From assembly GCA_977017645.1 (NCBI GenBank), contig OZ360227.1, positions 131,316,001 to 131,380,000 of the forward strand: a DNA stretch of 64,000 nucleotides, given 5' to 3'. The notes below the pieces were generated by a model, which saw only the letters and a list, made by a program, of their open reading frames with translations, had not been told where the DNA came from and ran no database searches. Source of the stretch: Torpedo marmorata. Its lineage: Eukaryota. Every line of letters starts with the position of its first letter. Within the stretch, counting starts at the first letter, position 1. The position numbers and the translations under genes are program-made. Positions 38,704 through 51,945 of the stretch are shown piece by piece.

Positions 38704-41322
38704 TCAGAATCAGAATCAGAATCAGAATTTATTGTCATGAACAAGTCATGAAATTCAGTGCTTTGCGGCAGCATCACAGTGCAATTAACATTCATATTAA
38801 CCATTCTAACGACATTACTATATAAAAAAAATTATAAACAATAGTGCACTAGTGTCTTTGGTTCATTGATTGTTCAGGAATCTGATGGCAGCGGGGAAGA
38901 AGCTGACATTGTGCCGTTGAGTGCTCGTCTTTAGGCTCCTGTACCTTTTCCCCGATGGAAGCAGCGTGAAGAGGGCATGGCCTGGGTGGTGGGGGTCCTT
39001 GAGGATAGAGGCTGCTTTATTAAGACATCGCCTCATGTAGATGTCCTCGATGGAGTGAAGTTTGGTGCCCGTGATGTCACAGGCCGAGTTAACAACCTTC
39101 TGGAGTTTGCTCTTGTCCTGGGAGTTGGCGCCACCATACCAGGCAGTGATGCAACCAGCTAGAATGCTCTCCACGGTACACCTGTAGAAGTTCACGAGAG
39201 TCTTTGGCGACATACCGAATCTCCGCAATCGCCTCACAAAGTATAGCCGCTGACGAGCCTTCTTTGTGATTGCATCAACGTGGATGCTCCAGGACAGATC
39301 CTCGGAGATGTTGACACCCAGGAATTTGAAGTTCTTGACCCTCTCCACGACTGAGCCCTCGATGAGGACTGGGTTGTGTTCCCCTGACTTCCTCCTGAAG
39401 TCCACAATCATCTCCTTGGTTTTGCTGACGTTGAGCTCAAGGTTGTTGTCATTACACCATTCAATGAGCTGATCTATCTCCCTCCTGTACGCTTCCTCAT
39501 TGGCGTTTGTGATTCTGCCGACAACTGTGGTGTCATCGGCAAACTTGTATATGGCATTGGAATTGTGCCTGGCCACACAGTCATGAGTGTATAACGAGTA
39601 GAGTAGTGGACTAAGCACGCATCCTTGGGGTGCGCCTGTGTTGATAATCAGTGAGGAGGAGACGTTGTTTCCAATTCGTACTGACTGTGGTCTTCCGATG
39701 AGAAAGTCAAGGATCCAGTTGCAAAGGGGGCTACAGAGGCCTAGAGTTTGTAGCTTCTTGACCAGCACTGAGGGAATAATGGTATTGAAGGCCGAGCTGT
39801 AGTCTATGAAGAGCAGCCGTATGTATGAATTGCTGTTTTCGAGGTGATCCAGAGCTGAGTGGAGAGCCAGCGATATTGCATCTGCTGTGGAGCGATTGTG
39901 ACGATAGGCGAATTGCAGTGGGTCCAGATCTTTGCTTAGGTATGTGTTAATTCTGGCCATGACCAGCCTCTCAAAGCATTTCATCACAGTAGAAGTTAGT
40001 GCTACTGGGCGATAGTCGTTGAGGCAGCTCACACTACTCTTCTTGGGCACCGGGATGATTGATGCCCTTTTGAAGCAGGTGGGAACCTCTGACTGCCGCA
40101 ATGAGAGGTTGAAAATGTCCGTGAACACTCCGGCTAGTTGGTTGGCGCAGATTTTCAATACCCTGCCAGGTACGCCGTCAGGGCCTGACGCCTTGCGAGG
40201 GTTCACCCTCTTGAATGATGTTCTGACGTCGCCCTCAGAGACAGATATCACAGGGTCCTCTGCCCTCTCAGGGATTCTATTAGGCACTGTTTTGTTCTTC
40301 TTCTCAAAGCGGGCATAGAAGGTGTTCAGCTCATTGGGTAGTGAAGCATCACAGCCGTCTATAGTGTTCGCCCTCGTTTTGTAGGCTGTAATGGCCTGCA
40401 CTCCCTGCCATAGCTGGCGTGTATCTGTCTCTGTCTCTAGCTTCCTTCGGAATTGCCACTTTCCTTCAGAGATGGCCTTCCGCAGGTCGTGCCTGGACTT
40501 TTTGTAAAGATCCCGGTCCCCGTCTTTAAACGCCCTTGTTCTCGTCCTCAGCAGGTTGCGAATTCTTTGATTCATCCAGGGCTTCTGGTTGGGGAACACC
40601 CGGTATTTGCGCGTGTGCACACACTCATCCACGCAGGTCTTGATGAAGTCGGTGACACCTGTTGCATATTCATTTATGTCTATGGCTGAGTGCTTGAATA
40701 TGTTCCAGTCCACCGAGTCAAAGCAGTCCTGCAGACGCTCCTCTGCCTCCCTTGACCACACTTTCGCTGTCCTCTCCACTGTTGCTCTGGTCTTTAGTCT
40801 CTGCTTGTACGCCGGGAGTAGAAGTACAGCCAGGTGATCAGACTTGCCGAAGTGCGGTCGTGGTATCGCTCGGTATGCGTTCTTCACGGTGGTGTAGCAG
40901 TGGTCGAGTGTGTTGGTTCCCCTGGTCTCGCAAGTGATGTGTTGGTGGTAGTTTGTCAGTGACTTCTTCAGATTGGCCTGATTGAAATCTCCCACAATGA
41001 TCGGGAAGGCATCAGGATGTGCTGTCTCATGGCTGTTTATCACTGTGCTCAGTCCCTCCAGTGCCAGCCTGACGTTAGCCTGGGGCGGAATGTACACTGC
41101 GACCAGGATGATGGCGGTGAACTCCCTCGGCAGATAGAATGGGCGACACTTGATCGCCAGATGTTCTAGGTCGGGGGAGCAGGACTGGGACATGACCGTC
41201 ACGTCTGTGCACCACGATGAATTGATGATGACACACACGCCGCCTCCCCTGGTTTTTCCAGACGCCAGTGTTCGGTCAGCGCGATGGAGTGTGTAGCCCT
41301 TGGGCTGTAGCGCCGTGTCCGG
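38704..41322 (-). mobile_element. 5'-truncated Rex1/Babar-type LINE nested in L1 ORF1
   Basis: APE motifs RGGGVC, KCRPFYLPREF, VYIPPQA, GDFN, GKSDH; RT motifs YRPVALT, FIDYSSAF, PQGCVLSP, KFADD. The 3' end is AATAAA followed by (TTCTGA)4 at 38727-38704. No real TSD (only a 2-bp tc overlap). Confidence 0.92.
38863..41322 (-). CDS. Rex1-type endonuclease-reverse transcriptase, open from the truncation point to the stop but lacking its N-terminus
   Basis: ORF track 38863..41406. The residues before PDTALQP come from the antisense strand of L1 ORF1, not from this element. Confidence 0.85.
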   Translation of the reverse strand, partial: PDTALQPKGYTLHRADRTLASGKTRGGGVCVIINSSWCTDVTVMSQSCSPDLEHLAIKCRPFYLPREFTAIILVAVYIPPQANVRLALEGLSTVINSHETAHPDAFPIIVGDFNQANLKKSLTNYHQHITCETRGTNTLDHCYTTVKNAYRAIPRPHFGKSDHLAVLLLPAYKQRLKTRATVERTAKVWSREAEERLQDCFDSVDWNIFKHSAIDINEYATGVTDFIKTCVDECVHTRKYRVFPNQKPWMNQRIRNLLRTRTRAFKDGDRDLYKKSRHDLRKAISEGKWQFRRKLETETDTRQLWQGVQAITAYKTRANTIDGCDASLPNELNTFYARFEKKNKTVPNRIPERAEDPVISVSEGDVRTSFKRVNPRKASGPDGVPGRVLKICANQLAGVFTDIFNLSLRQSEVPTCFKRASIIPVPKKSSVSCLNDYRPVALTSTVMKCFERLVMARINTYLSKDLDPLQFAYRHNRSTADAISLALHSALDHLENSNSYIRLLFIDYSSAFNTIIPSVLVKKLQTLGLCSPLCNWILDFLIGRPQSVRIGNNVSSSLIINTGAPQGCVLSPLLYSLYTHDCVARHNSNAIYKFADDTTVVGRITNANEEAYRREIDQLIEWCNDNNLELNVSKTKEMIVDFRRKSGEHNPVLIEGSVVERVKNFKFLGVNISEDLSWSIHVDAITKKARQRLYFVRRLRRFGMSPKTLVNFYRCTVESILAGCITAWYGGANSQDKSKLQKVVNSACDITGTKLHSIEDIYMRRCLNKAASILKDPHHPGHALFTLLPSGKRYRSLKTSTQRHNVSFFPAAIRFLNNQ

Positions 41323-43287
41323 CGGACCCACTGCGCATGCGCGGAACGACGCGCATGCGCGAAGACGCTCGAGAACTGTCAGCCACAGCTGACAGTGACA
41401 GATCAACGCTAACGCTCAGCTGTGATGCTGAGCAGGACATTCTAACGTCGGCAGATCCAGGGAAAAGAAGAAGAGAGGAACAAGAAGAACATGAAGGGGA
41501 AGAAGGATTACAAGAGATGGAGGGAGAGGGGGAGGAAGAAGAAAGTGATGAAGAGGAGGCTCCAATGCTTTTACGTGGGCAAGAGTTAGCAAAGTCAATA
41601 ATAGAAGCAATGGACAGATTAACAAAAGAAGTTGCATCACTAAATCAACGTATGCAATATGGATTTAAATCAATTAGGGAAGAAATAAAAGCTATTAAAG
41701 AAGATATGAAGAAGCATTCAATCATTGTGGATAAAGTGTCATCGAGGGTTAAGAAAATTGAGGAAAAGGTTGAGGAACACGACGAAGATTTGGTGAACTA
41801 CAAAGACAGAGTGGACAAAGTGGAAGATTCGTTCACGGGTTGGGAGCCTCAAAAGAACAAAATGTTACAAAAATTAGATGTATTAGAAAATCAAAGCCGA
41901 AGAAATAATATTAAAATTGTGGGACTGCCCGAGGATTTTGAAGGAACCAATCCAACTACTTTTTTTCAAGACTGGATCCCGCAGACCTTAGGAAAGGATC
42001 ACTTTCCGAATGGACTTGAACTGGACAGAGCCACAGGGATAGCAGGAGGAAACCGTATCCTGATCAAAGGCCACGCTCAATTCTAATTAGATGCCTAAGA
42101 TATCAGGATAAGGAAAAAATATTGAAATTGGCTATTCAAAAGGCAAGAATTCAGCAGGGCCCGATGAGAATCGATAAGAGCAGGGTATTTTTCTACGCGG
42201 ATTTGAGTTCGGTAATCATAAAGAAACGGAAGGAATTTAATCCGGCAAAAGCAGTTTAGTGGGGAAAAGGTTATAAATTTTCTTTTAGGTATCCTGCGAC
42301 ATTGAGAGTGCAGTCAGCAGAGAACCAATCAATGTTCTTTACTGATCCCCAAGAAGCTTTACATCATGCAAATATGCTTCCGGACTCAAAGAAAGGTCAA
42401 GATTTTACAGAGCGTCACCAAATCATCTGACTGGCTTAAAATTGCTCTCGTCAAGAGTTTTGGAACATGTCAATGGGGTAGTAACTGATGAAGATTAAGT
42501 TAATAGGAATCTTGGAGTTGTTTGACGAAGAGACGATAACATAATTTGTTCGGAATCTGTATGGGGGAGGTGGACTTCTGGTCTTCCTCGACCTAGTCGC
42601 GCGTCATTTTAGTGGCGAGGGCCACTTCCCGAGCAATGGAGGGGGGTAGTACTGGTGTAAATTTACCAGTATTATATATAGGGGGTTCTCTAGTTCTCTA
42701 TTCTCTTTTTATATCCTTTTCTCTTTTTTCTTCTAAGGAGATGTCAAATAGTTTACAGATGTGGGGGGGGAGCCAGTGGATCCGAGGGAGAGAAAGTTAT
42801 TGTACATCAGCAATGGCGGACAGTAAATTAATAAATGTAGTTAGTATTAATATAAATGGGCTCAATAACCCTATTAAAAGGAAGAAAACTTTAGCGTACA
42901 TCAAAAAATTGAATGCAGACATAGCTTTATTACAGGAGACGCATCTGACTGATTTAGAACATCAGAAGTTGAAAAGAGATTGGGTTGGTCAAGTGGTGGC
43001 GTCTTCATTTAATTCCAAGGCTAAAGGGGTCGCTATTCTAATTAATAAGAAGCTGCCCCTTAAAATACTTTCAGTGGTTACTGATGGGTCAGGAAGATAC
43101 GTCTTAATAAACTGTCAGTTATACTCAGAAATGTGGACTCTTAGACCAGTGTTCTTTATAGGGGTTTTTTTTCTTATCTTAATATTTCTTTTTTTCATTC
43201 TAATAGAGGAGGACATATGTATGCAAATGAGTAAGAGGGATACGCTGGTGGATCTGATTGACAGGGAAGGATTATTATTATTTTATT

Positions 43288-46200
43288 ATGGGGGATTCTA
43301 AGAGTATAAACTTAGTTAGTATTAATATAAATGGGCTTAACAATCCAATTAAAAGGAAAAGAACTTTGACATATATAAAGAAATTGAAGGTAGATATAGC
43401 CTTTTTACAAGAAACTCATTTGACGGATGTTGAACATCAGAAATTGAAAAGAGATTGGGTAGGACATGTTGTAGCTTCATCATTTAATTCTAGAGCAAGG
43501 GGAGTTGCTATTTTAGTTAATAAAAAGTTGCCCTTCAGGATACAATCGACAGTGATAGATACGGCAGGTAGATATGTTTTGATTTATTGCCAAATTTATT
43601 CAGAATTTTGGACTCTTATGAATTTGTATGTGTCAAATCCAGATGATGAACAGTTTATTCAAGATGCTTTTTTACATTTATCAGATGCCAAAGATAATAT
43701 TTTAGTTGGTGGTGATTTTAATTGTTGTTTAAATGCAATAATGGATAAAACTTCCAAAACAGCTGTTAGACCAAAAATAGTGAAGAAGATAGTTAATTTG
43801 ATGGAGGATTTAAATTTGGTGGATATTTGGAGAAAATTAAAGCCTAGGGAGAAGGACTATTCATTCTACTCATTTAGATGTAATTCTTTTTCAAGGATAG
43901 ATTTATTTTTATTGTCTTCACAACTTCAGGAAAGAATAACACAGATATCTTATAAAGCAAGAATAATTTCGGATCATTCACCTTTATTAATGACGTGTAT
44001 AATTCCAGAGAAAGAAAAAACTATTTATAACTGGAGATTTGATTCTTTATTATTGAAAAGGAAGGATTTTTGTGAATATATGAGACGAGAAATTCAGGAA
44101 TTTTTAAGAGTAAATAATAATTCGGTAGATGATAAATTTATGGTATGGGAAGCTTTGAAAGCTTATTTAAGAGGTTTAATAATAAGTTTTTCAGTAAAGA
44201 TAAAAAAAGATTATTTGAGAGAAGAAGAAAAATTAGAGAAGGAGATTGAAATTATGGAAAAAGATTCACAGAGAAACCGGTCTATTCTTAAGAGGAACCG
44301 TTTAGTAAGGAAGAAATTACATTATAATTTATTGCAAACGCGTAAGACTGAAAAATTGATAGTACGGACAAAACAAAGATATTATGAACTAGGGGAAAAG
44401 GCACACAAGGTGTTATCATGGCAATTGAAAAAAGAGCAAGTTTCTAAAACAATTAATGCTATAAGGAAGAGAAATACGGGGGTAATAACATATAAGCCAC
44501 AAGAAATAAATGAATCTTTTAAAGAATATTATCAGAATTTATATAGATCTGAGACAGATCAAGATGAAACGAAGATAAATAGATTTTTATCTAAAATTAC
44601 TTTACCTAAATTGACTGTTCAAAGTAAATATTCTTTGGATTTACCTTTTACGATGAGAGAAGTTACTGAAGCAATATCGACGTTGAGAAGTGGTAAATCT
44701 CCAGGTGATGATGGATTTCCAGTAGAATTTTATAAAGAATTTAAAGATTTATTGATACCTTTGTATATGGAGGTATTGAATCAAGTTAAGGAAACTCATT
44801 TATTACCGAAGACATTTTTAAATGCTATTATTACGGTTATACCAAAGAAAGATAGAGATGTATTAAAAACAGAATCTTATAGGCCTATTTCATTGCTAAA
44901 TGTAGATTATAAGATAATGGCGAAAATTTTAGCAAATAGATTAGCTAAATGTTTACCACATTTAATACATTCGGATCAAGCCGGATTTATTAAAAATAGA
45001 TATTCGAAAGATAATATAGCTAGATTGTTAAGCTTAATTAATGTATATAAGAAGAAACAAGATCTACCACTGGTAGTAACACTGGATGCAGAAAAGGCAT
45101 TTGATAGAGTAGAGTGGAATTTTTTATTTAAGGTTTTGGAAAAATTTGGATTTGGAGATAATTTTATAAATTGGATTAAAACTATATATAAGGAACCTAC
45201 GGCTAAAGTAGTTACAAATGGACAGATATCGCAAAAGTTTTTGTTATCAAGATCAACACGACAGGGATGTCCTTTATCACCTGCTTTGTTTGTGTTGGTA
45301 ATAGAACCTTTAGCAGAAATGATTAGAGAAGATATAAATATAATGGGAATAAAGGTTGGTAGGGAAGAGCACAAGATTAGTTTGTTTGCAGATGATGTAT
45401 TAATATATATGACAAAATCTGTTACATCACTTCAACAATTGGCTATTATATTGACAGAATATGGTGAGATATCAGGATATAAGATTAACTCAGATAAAAG
45501 TGAGATTTTGGCTTTATCACAAGGGGATTATACTAGATGTAAAGAAGTTACAGACTTTAAGTGGACTACAGAGAGTATTAAATATTTGGGAGTTAAAGTA
45601 GACACAAATTTGGAAAATTTTTTATAAATTAAATTATACACCTTTATTTATTAAAATAAAAAAAGATTTAGAGCTTTGGAAAGACTTACCTATAACGTTG
45701 ATGGGAAGAGTAAATTGTATTAAAATGAATGTTTTTCCAAGAATTCAATATCTTTTTCAATCGATTCCTTATGGTATTCCAAATAAATTTTTTAAAGATT
45801 TAAAATTTATTGTTAGGAAATTTCTATGGAAAGGAAAGTTAGCAAGAGTAAGTATAGATAAATTAACATGGAATTATGAAATGGGAGGATTACAACTTCC
45901 TAATTTTCAACATTATTATAAAGTAGCTCAGTTAAAATTTATTAATGAATTTTTTGATTTGGATAAAACTTCTGCTTGGATTAATATAGAATTGAATAAT
46001 ATGGGAGAAATACATAAAGAAGATATTATTTATAAATGGAACCCGAAATTAATATTACTTAAAAAGAAAAAAACACCAATTATTAAACATTTGTTGGAAA
46101 TTTGGTCGCAAGTAGATAAGGAGATAGGTCAAAAAGGATTAATTTCTTTAAATACACCAATATATCAGAATCCACTTTTACCATTTTCTATGGATAATCA

Positions 46201-47080
46201 ATTACTTAAGTTATGGTTTTTAAAGGGAGTTAAGACATTAAAAGTTTGTTTTGAAGCAGGTAAATTTGTTACCTTTCAGAGGTTAAAGGAAAAATTTAAT
46301 ATATTAGATAATACAATGTTAGTTTATTTTCAAGTTAGAGCTTTTTTGATTGAAAGATTAGGGAATGAATTAACAGTATTAAGACAAAGTGAATTGGAGT
46401 TATTAATTACCAAAGTTAATGTTAATAAATTTATATCACAAATGTATAAGTTGTTTCAAAGAAAGATGTCTAAGGTAGGAGAGCATAAGTCTAGACTGAA
46501 ATGGGAGTTTGATTTGAATGTTAATATAGATGAAAAACATTGGAAAGATTTATGTAAACTAAGTATGACAAAAGTTATCAATGTGAGATATAGATTAGTA
46601 CAATATAATTTTTTTCATCAATTGTATTTGACACCTAGAAAATTGAAGAAATTTAACCCAGCGTTATCAGATACGTGTTTCAGATGTAAAACTGAAATAG
46701 GATCTTTTGTACATTGTACATGGTCATGTTCAAAGATTCAAGATTTTTGGTTGAAAGTTAAGAATTTTTTAGAAAGAATTTTTAATGTTGAAATTGCAAT
46801 GGATCCTATGTTATTTTTATTCGGAGACATTAAAAAATTTAGTATTAGACATAAATTGAATATGTATCAAGTAGAATTTTTACGTATAATATTAGCAATT
46901 TCAAAAAAATGTATAGCTATTACTTGGAAATCGGATGTTGATTTAAATTTAGAACGATGGTATGCAGAGTTACGGTCATGTATACCATTGGAAAAAATTA
47001 CCTATAATTTACGAAATAAATATCATTCTTTTTTAAAAATTTGGGGCCCATATACGAGGATTATGGGTTTAACATTGTGA
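43288..47080 (+). pseudogene. Inner L1 ORF2, complete length with a single frameshift
   Basis: MGDSKSINLVSININGLN.. through EN and RT (LFADD) to 45627, a frameshift in the T-run near 45618-45623, then a continuation with CFRCKTEIGSFVHCTWSC to TGA at 47080. Confidence 0.93.
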
Positions 47081-47230
47081 ATTCTCTGGATATTAGACCT
47101 ACCGGCGAAACAACCTCTAAGATATATTAGTGTTTTTTTTTTAAGCTTATTGACTCCTCGCTCTATCTTTCTATCTCTACTTTCTCTTTTATCTTTACTA
47201 TTATTATTTTATATAAATTTTAATTAGATT

Positions 47231-47277
47231 AGGGGGGTATAGGGGTTAGGGAGGGGAGGGTGGGATGAGGGGGGGAG
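47231..47277 (+). other. G-tract (G-quadruplex-capable) in the inner L1 3'UTR
   Basis: aggggggtataggggttagggaggggagggtgggatgagggggggag; a similar tract lies at about 50976-51014 in the outer L1. Polypurine tracts are a known L1 3'UTR feature. Confidence 0.6.
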
Positions 47278-50200
47278 AAAATGTAATCACATGTATTTTT
47301 TAAGAATTATATGCAAGTTATTTTATGTAATGTGTGATTTAAAATTTAAATAAAATAAAAAAAAAAAAAAAAAAAAAAAGAAATGTGGACTCTTATGAAT
47401 ATATATGTGCCGAATACGCAAGATGATCAATTTATTCAAGATTCGTTTATGCATCTGTCAGAGGCATACGATAATATTTTAATTGGTGGAGATTTTAATT
47501 GTTGCTTGGACCCAGTAATGGATAAAACATCCAAATCAATTATTAGAACTAAAACTGCAAAGAGAATTCTAACGATGATGGAAGACCTGAATCTAACTGA
47601 TATTTGGAGGAAGTTGAATCCGAGAGAAAAAGATTACTCCTTTTATTCCTCTAGACATGATTCTTATTCTAGAATAGACATGTTTTTGCTGTCATCACAA
47701 TTACAGGATAGGGTGACTCAAGTACAATATAAGGCTAGATTAATTTCTGACCACTCGCCTTTATTAATGTCGTGCATAATTCCAGAAAAAGAAAAAATTA
47801 TATATAAATGGAGGTTTAACTCTTCTTTACTAAAGAGAGTGGATTTTTGTAAATATATAAGAAGAGAAATCCAAGAATTTTTAAAGATTAATACGGATTC
47901 CATGGAAAACAAATTTATTATTTGGGATGCTTTGAAGGCTTATATAAGAGGTCAGATAATAAGTTACTCAGCAAAAGTTAAGAAGGAAAATATTCAGGAA
48001 TTGGATAATTTGGAGAAGGAGATTGAAATTTTGGAGAAGGATCTACAAAAGAAGAGATCAGAAGAAAAGAAGAAAGATTTAATTGGGAAAAAGTTATATT
48101 ATAATATGTTACAAACACATAAATTGGAAAAACTAATTGAAAGGACTAAGCAAAGGTACTATGAACTGGGAGAAAGAGCTCATAAAGTTTTAGCCTGGCA
48201 ATTAAAGAAGGAACAAACCTCTAGAACTATACCGGCTATAAAAAAGAATTCTAAGAAAATAACTTATAAACCGCGAGAAATAAATGATTCTTTCAAAGAT
48301 TTTTATTTGAATTTATATACATCTCAAGCCGATAAAGATGATTCTAAAATTAACAAATTTTTATCCAAAATTAAGATGCCCAGGTTAGATACACTTAGTA
48401 AAGAATCCTTAGATTCACCATTTACGATGAGGGAAGTCGATGGGGTTCTTAGTTCTTTGACAAGTGGGAAATCTCCGGGGGAGGATGGTTTCCCATCAGA
48501 GTTTTATAAGAAGTTTAAGGACTTATTGATTCCTCCTTCTATGGAGGTGTTAAAACAAATAACGGAAACCCATTCTCTACCGGAATCCTTCACCAATGCA
48601 TTAATAACAGTTATACCGAAAAAAGATAGAGACTTGTTGAGAACAGAATCGTATAGACCAATATCGTTGTTAAATGTGGATTATAAAATAATGGCAAAAA
48701 TTTTAGCAAACAGAGTGGCTAAGTTCTTACCAGACTTAGTCCATGGAGATCAGGCAGGCTTTATTAGAAACAGATATTCAAAAGATAATATCGCTAGATT
48801 AATTAGTCTAATAAACGTGGCACAAAAAAGAGAAGAACTGTCATTAGTATTAACATTAGATGCTGAAAAGGCTTTTGATAGATTAGAGTGGAATTATTTA
48901 TTTAAGGTACTGGAAAAATTTGGTTTTGGAAATACATTCATTAATTGGATTAAAACTATATATAAAGAACCGTCTGCTGGAGTGGTCACAAATGGTCAAA
49001 TATCTTCAAAATTTTCCTTAACCAGGTTTACTAGACAAGGTTGTCCTTTATCGCCAGCATTGTTTATTTTAGCAATAGAACCTTTAGCCGAATTAATTAG
49101 ACAAGATAGTAAGATTGCAGGTATTAAAGTTGGTAAGGAAGAACACAAAATTAGTTTGTTTGCAGATGACGTATTGATATATATGACAAAACCTATTAAT
49201 TCTCTAACACAATTGTCGGTTTTATTGAAAGAATTTGGGGGAATATCTGGTTACAAGATTAACTCGGATAAAAGTGAAATTATGCCTTTAACACAAGGGG
49301 ACTATAGCGATTGTAAAGAAATTACACAATTTAAATGGGCAAAGGGAGGAATTAAATATTTGGGAATAAAGATTGATACAAAATTATCCAATTTGTATAA
49401 ATTAAATTATTTACCACTATTTGTGAATATAAAAAAGGATTTGGAGTGATGGAAGGATTTGCCTATAACTTTAATGGGAAGGGTAAATTGTATTAAAATG
49501 AACGTTTTTCCGAGAATTCGGTATCTTTTTCAATCAATTCCTTATGAAATCCCTCAGAAGTTTTTTAAGGATTTAAATTTAATTATTAGGACATTTTTGT
49601 GGAAAGGAAAGTTGGCGAGAGTAGGATTGGAGAAATTAACCTGGAACTACGAAATGGGTGGTCTAAAGCTTCCTAATTTTCAATATTATTATAAAGCAGC
49701 CCAACTAAAATTTATTAACGAATTGTTTGATTTAGGGAAGCTCTCTGCTTGGATGAGAATAGAATTAAATAACATAGGAGAGGATTTGAAAGAAGAAGTC
49801 ATTTATAAATGGAATTCTAAATTATTATTAACAAGAGGGAAAAATTCTCCTATTTTTAGGCACTTGTTAGAAATATGGAATAGAGTGGATAGAGAAATAG
49901 GAGCGAAAGGATCAATTTCTCGAAGAATGCCTCTATATCAAAATGAACTTATTCCATTTACTGTTGATAATCAACTATTTAAAATTTGGTACCAAAAGGG
50001 AATTAAGGAAATAAATGATTGTTTTGAAGCTGGTAAATTTATTACGTTTCAGAGAATGGAAGATAAATTTAGTGTAGCAAATAATACAATCTTTGCTTAT
50101 TATCAAATTAGGGCGTTTTTAGGGGAAAGGTTGGGCCGCGGTTTGATCTTACCAAGACAGACTGAATTGGAATTATTAGTTACTAATGGAGGTGTGCCTA

Positions 50201-51613
50201 AATTTATTTCTCAAATGTACAGATTGTTACAGAGGAAACTTCCTAAAACAGGAATTCATAAATCAAGATTAAATTGGGAAAAAGATTTGAATATAACAAT
50301 AGATGAAAAACACTGGAAAAAATTATGTAAACAAAGTATGACGAAGATTATTAATGTTAGATATAGATTGGTGCAATATAATTTTTTTCATCAACTATAT
50401 TTAACACCTAAAAGACTAAAGAAATTTAATCCGACATTATCTGGTTTATGTTTTAGATGTAATAAAGAGGAAGGTTCTTTTGTACATTCTACATGGTTTT
50501 GTCCAAAAGTTTATGATTTTTAGTTGAAAGTTAAAAATCTTTTAGATAAAGTATTAGGAACTACACTTCCAATGGATCCTATGATATTTTTGTTTGGAGA
50601 TATTGAAGGAACCAGTGTTGGAGTGAAATTTAATATGTACCAGACGGAGTTTTTGCGTGTTGCTTTGGCCGTTTCTAAGAAATGTATTGCCACTACATGG
50701 AAGTCGGATGTAGATTTGGGGTTGGAAAGATGGCACGCAGAATTGCGTTCTTGCATACCACTCGAAAAAATTACATATAATTTACGTGATAAGTATCATT
50801 TCTTTTTGGAAGTATGGAGCCCATATATAAAAATTGTGGGTTTAAGGAGTTGAAGATATCTGGACATCGGGTCTGGCTGGTGAGCCTATCCTCCACAATA
50901 AGATCAGTTTATAGTTGTTCTTTTTAGATTGATATTCTCCTTACTCTATCCTTTTCTTCTTCTTTCTTTCTTTTCGGGAGGGTAAGGGAGGGGAGGGTGG
51001 GAGGGAGGGGGGGTGAAAATGTATCACATGTAATTTGAGAAATTTGTGTTTTAAACTGTGTATTGTGTGATTTAAAAATTATAAATAAAATATTTAAATA
51101 AATTTTAAAAAAGTTCACCTATCCCTTCATACATTCTAGAATTGGGTGATGTTCCTCAACAAGGTTTTTTGCATTTTGCGTGCCACATGTCCACTTCATA
51201 CAACAGTTATACGTTCCAAGGCCCTCCTTAACTGTTGTGGTCAAGTAGTTGGTGAGAGAATAAGGTCAGTTTTACTATATAACGGCATCAGAAAAGTAAA
51301 TGCAATTTTGGACAGTTTTGTTCATTTTCCTAAACGTTTACAGATTTGTCAAGTGTGTTTTCGTAGCGTGACCCTGAAATTGAAAGAAGGTTAGTATTGA
51401 TATTTCAACTGGAAATTAAGAGTATTCAATTTACTGCCCATTATTAACTGGAACAAGAACTTAAATTCAAGAATGAGCGCAAACAATCTTTATGTGTGTG
51501 AATTGAGCAATATGAACAAAGTTCCACACTTTTTGTCCAAAGAATTCATGATACTAAATAAGTTCCGTCTATTCCCTCCAGAGCAATCAGAACAGTCATA
51601 TATGTCGTCATAC

Positions 51614-51637
51614 CTGTTGGGGATGGTGATGCAGTTT
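51614..51637 (-). CDS. Microexon B, unit 15 (ETASPSPT)
   Basis: cacag|AAACTGCATCACCATCCCCAACAG|gtatga; lies between the L1 nest and the Gypsy element. Confidence 0.65.
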
Positions 51638-51945
51638 CTGTGAAAGAGAATAATATTAAAGTTAAAATGGAACTATCAGATGCAGAATTTTGCATGTCGT
51701 TCAGATTGCAACAAAGGCATGTCATTCTCACATAATGGGGCTGTTTTGGTAATATGTCTCAGATCTTCAAAACCCAACTTAGAGAAAGGTTGTTATCGAC
51801 TGCAATTGACGGTGAGAGGCAGAACATTGCATTTCAATCACGAGTGATTGAAACTTCATGTCAGCAAACATTCTTGTGAAGCAGGTGAACACATTATTCA
51901 CCATACAGCACAATCAATGCTGTGAAGAGTATGTTTTCAGTTCAT

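Larger units (their letters stand above)
38459..42430 (+). pseudogene. Outer L1 ORF1 (coiled coil + RRM + CTD), split by the Rex1 insertion (parts 38459-38704 and 41319-42430)
   Basis: MSSKRMKE..., an acidic stretch, a coiled coil, LENQSRRNNIKIVGLPE and ELDRA, then after a frameshift near 42030 RPRSILIRCLRYQDKEKIL..FFYADLS..FRYPATLRV. One internal TAG near 42257. Confidence 0.9.
43144..47378 (+). mobile_element. 5'-truncated L1 (inner element) nested in outer L1 ORF2
   Basis: 17-bp TSD agaaatgtggactctta at 43127-43143 and 47379-47395; AATAAA plus a pure A-tail at 47357-47379; starts in the inter-ORF spacer. Confidence 0.97.
42813..50853 (+). pseudogene. Outer L1 ORF2 (EN-RT-Cys domain), split by the inner L1 (parts 42813-43143 and 47396-50853)
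   Basis: MADSKLINVVSININGLN..LQETH..YSEMWTL resumes after the TSD as MNIYVPN..GGDFN..ISDHSP..LFADD..CFRC....SFVH. In-frame stops at 49447-49449 and 50521-50523. Confidence 0.93.
38327..51110 (+). mobile_element. Full-length L1-clade LINE (outer element) carrying two nested LINE insertions
   Basis: 15-bp TSD aagttcacctatccc at 38312-38326 and 51111-51125. It has a G-run 5' end, a short 5'UTR, ORF1, a spacer, ORF2 (EN-RT-Cys), and a 3'UTR with pyrimidine and G tracts, AATAAA and an A-rich end. Confidence 0.96.

Noticed and set aside
42612-43301. 229-aa ORF with hydrophobic ends
   Set aside because: A composite of inter-ORF spacer, the outer L1 endonuclease N-terminus and read-through into the inner L1.
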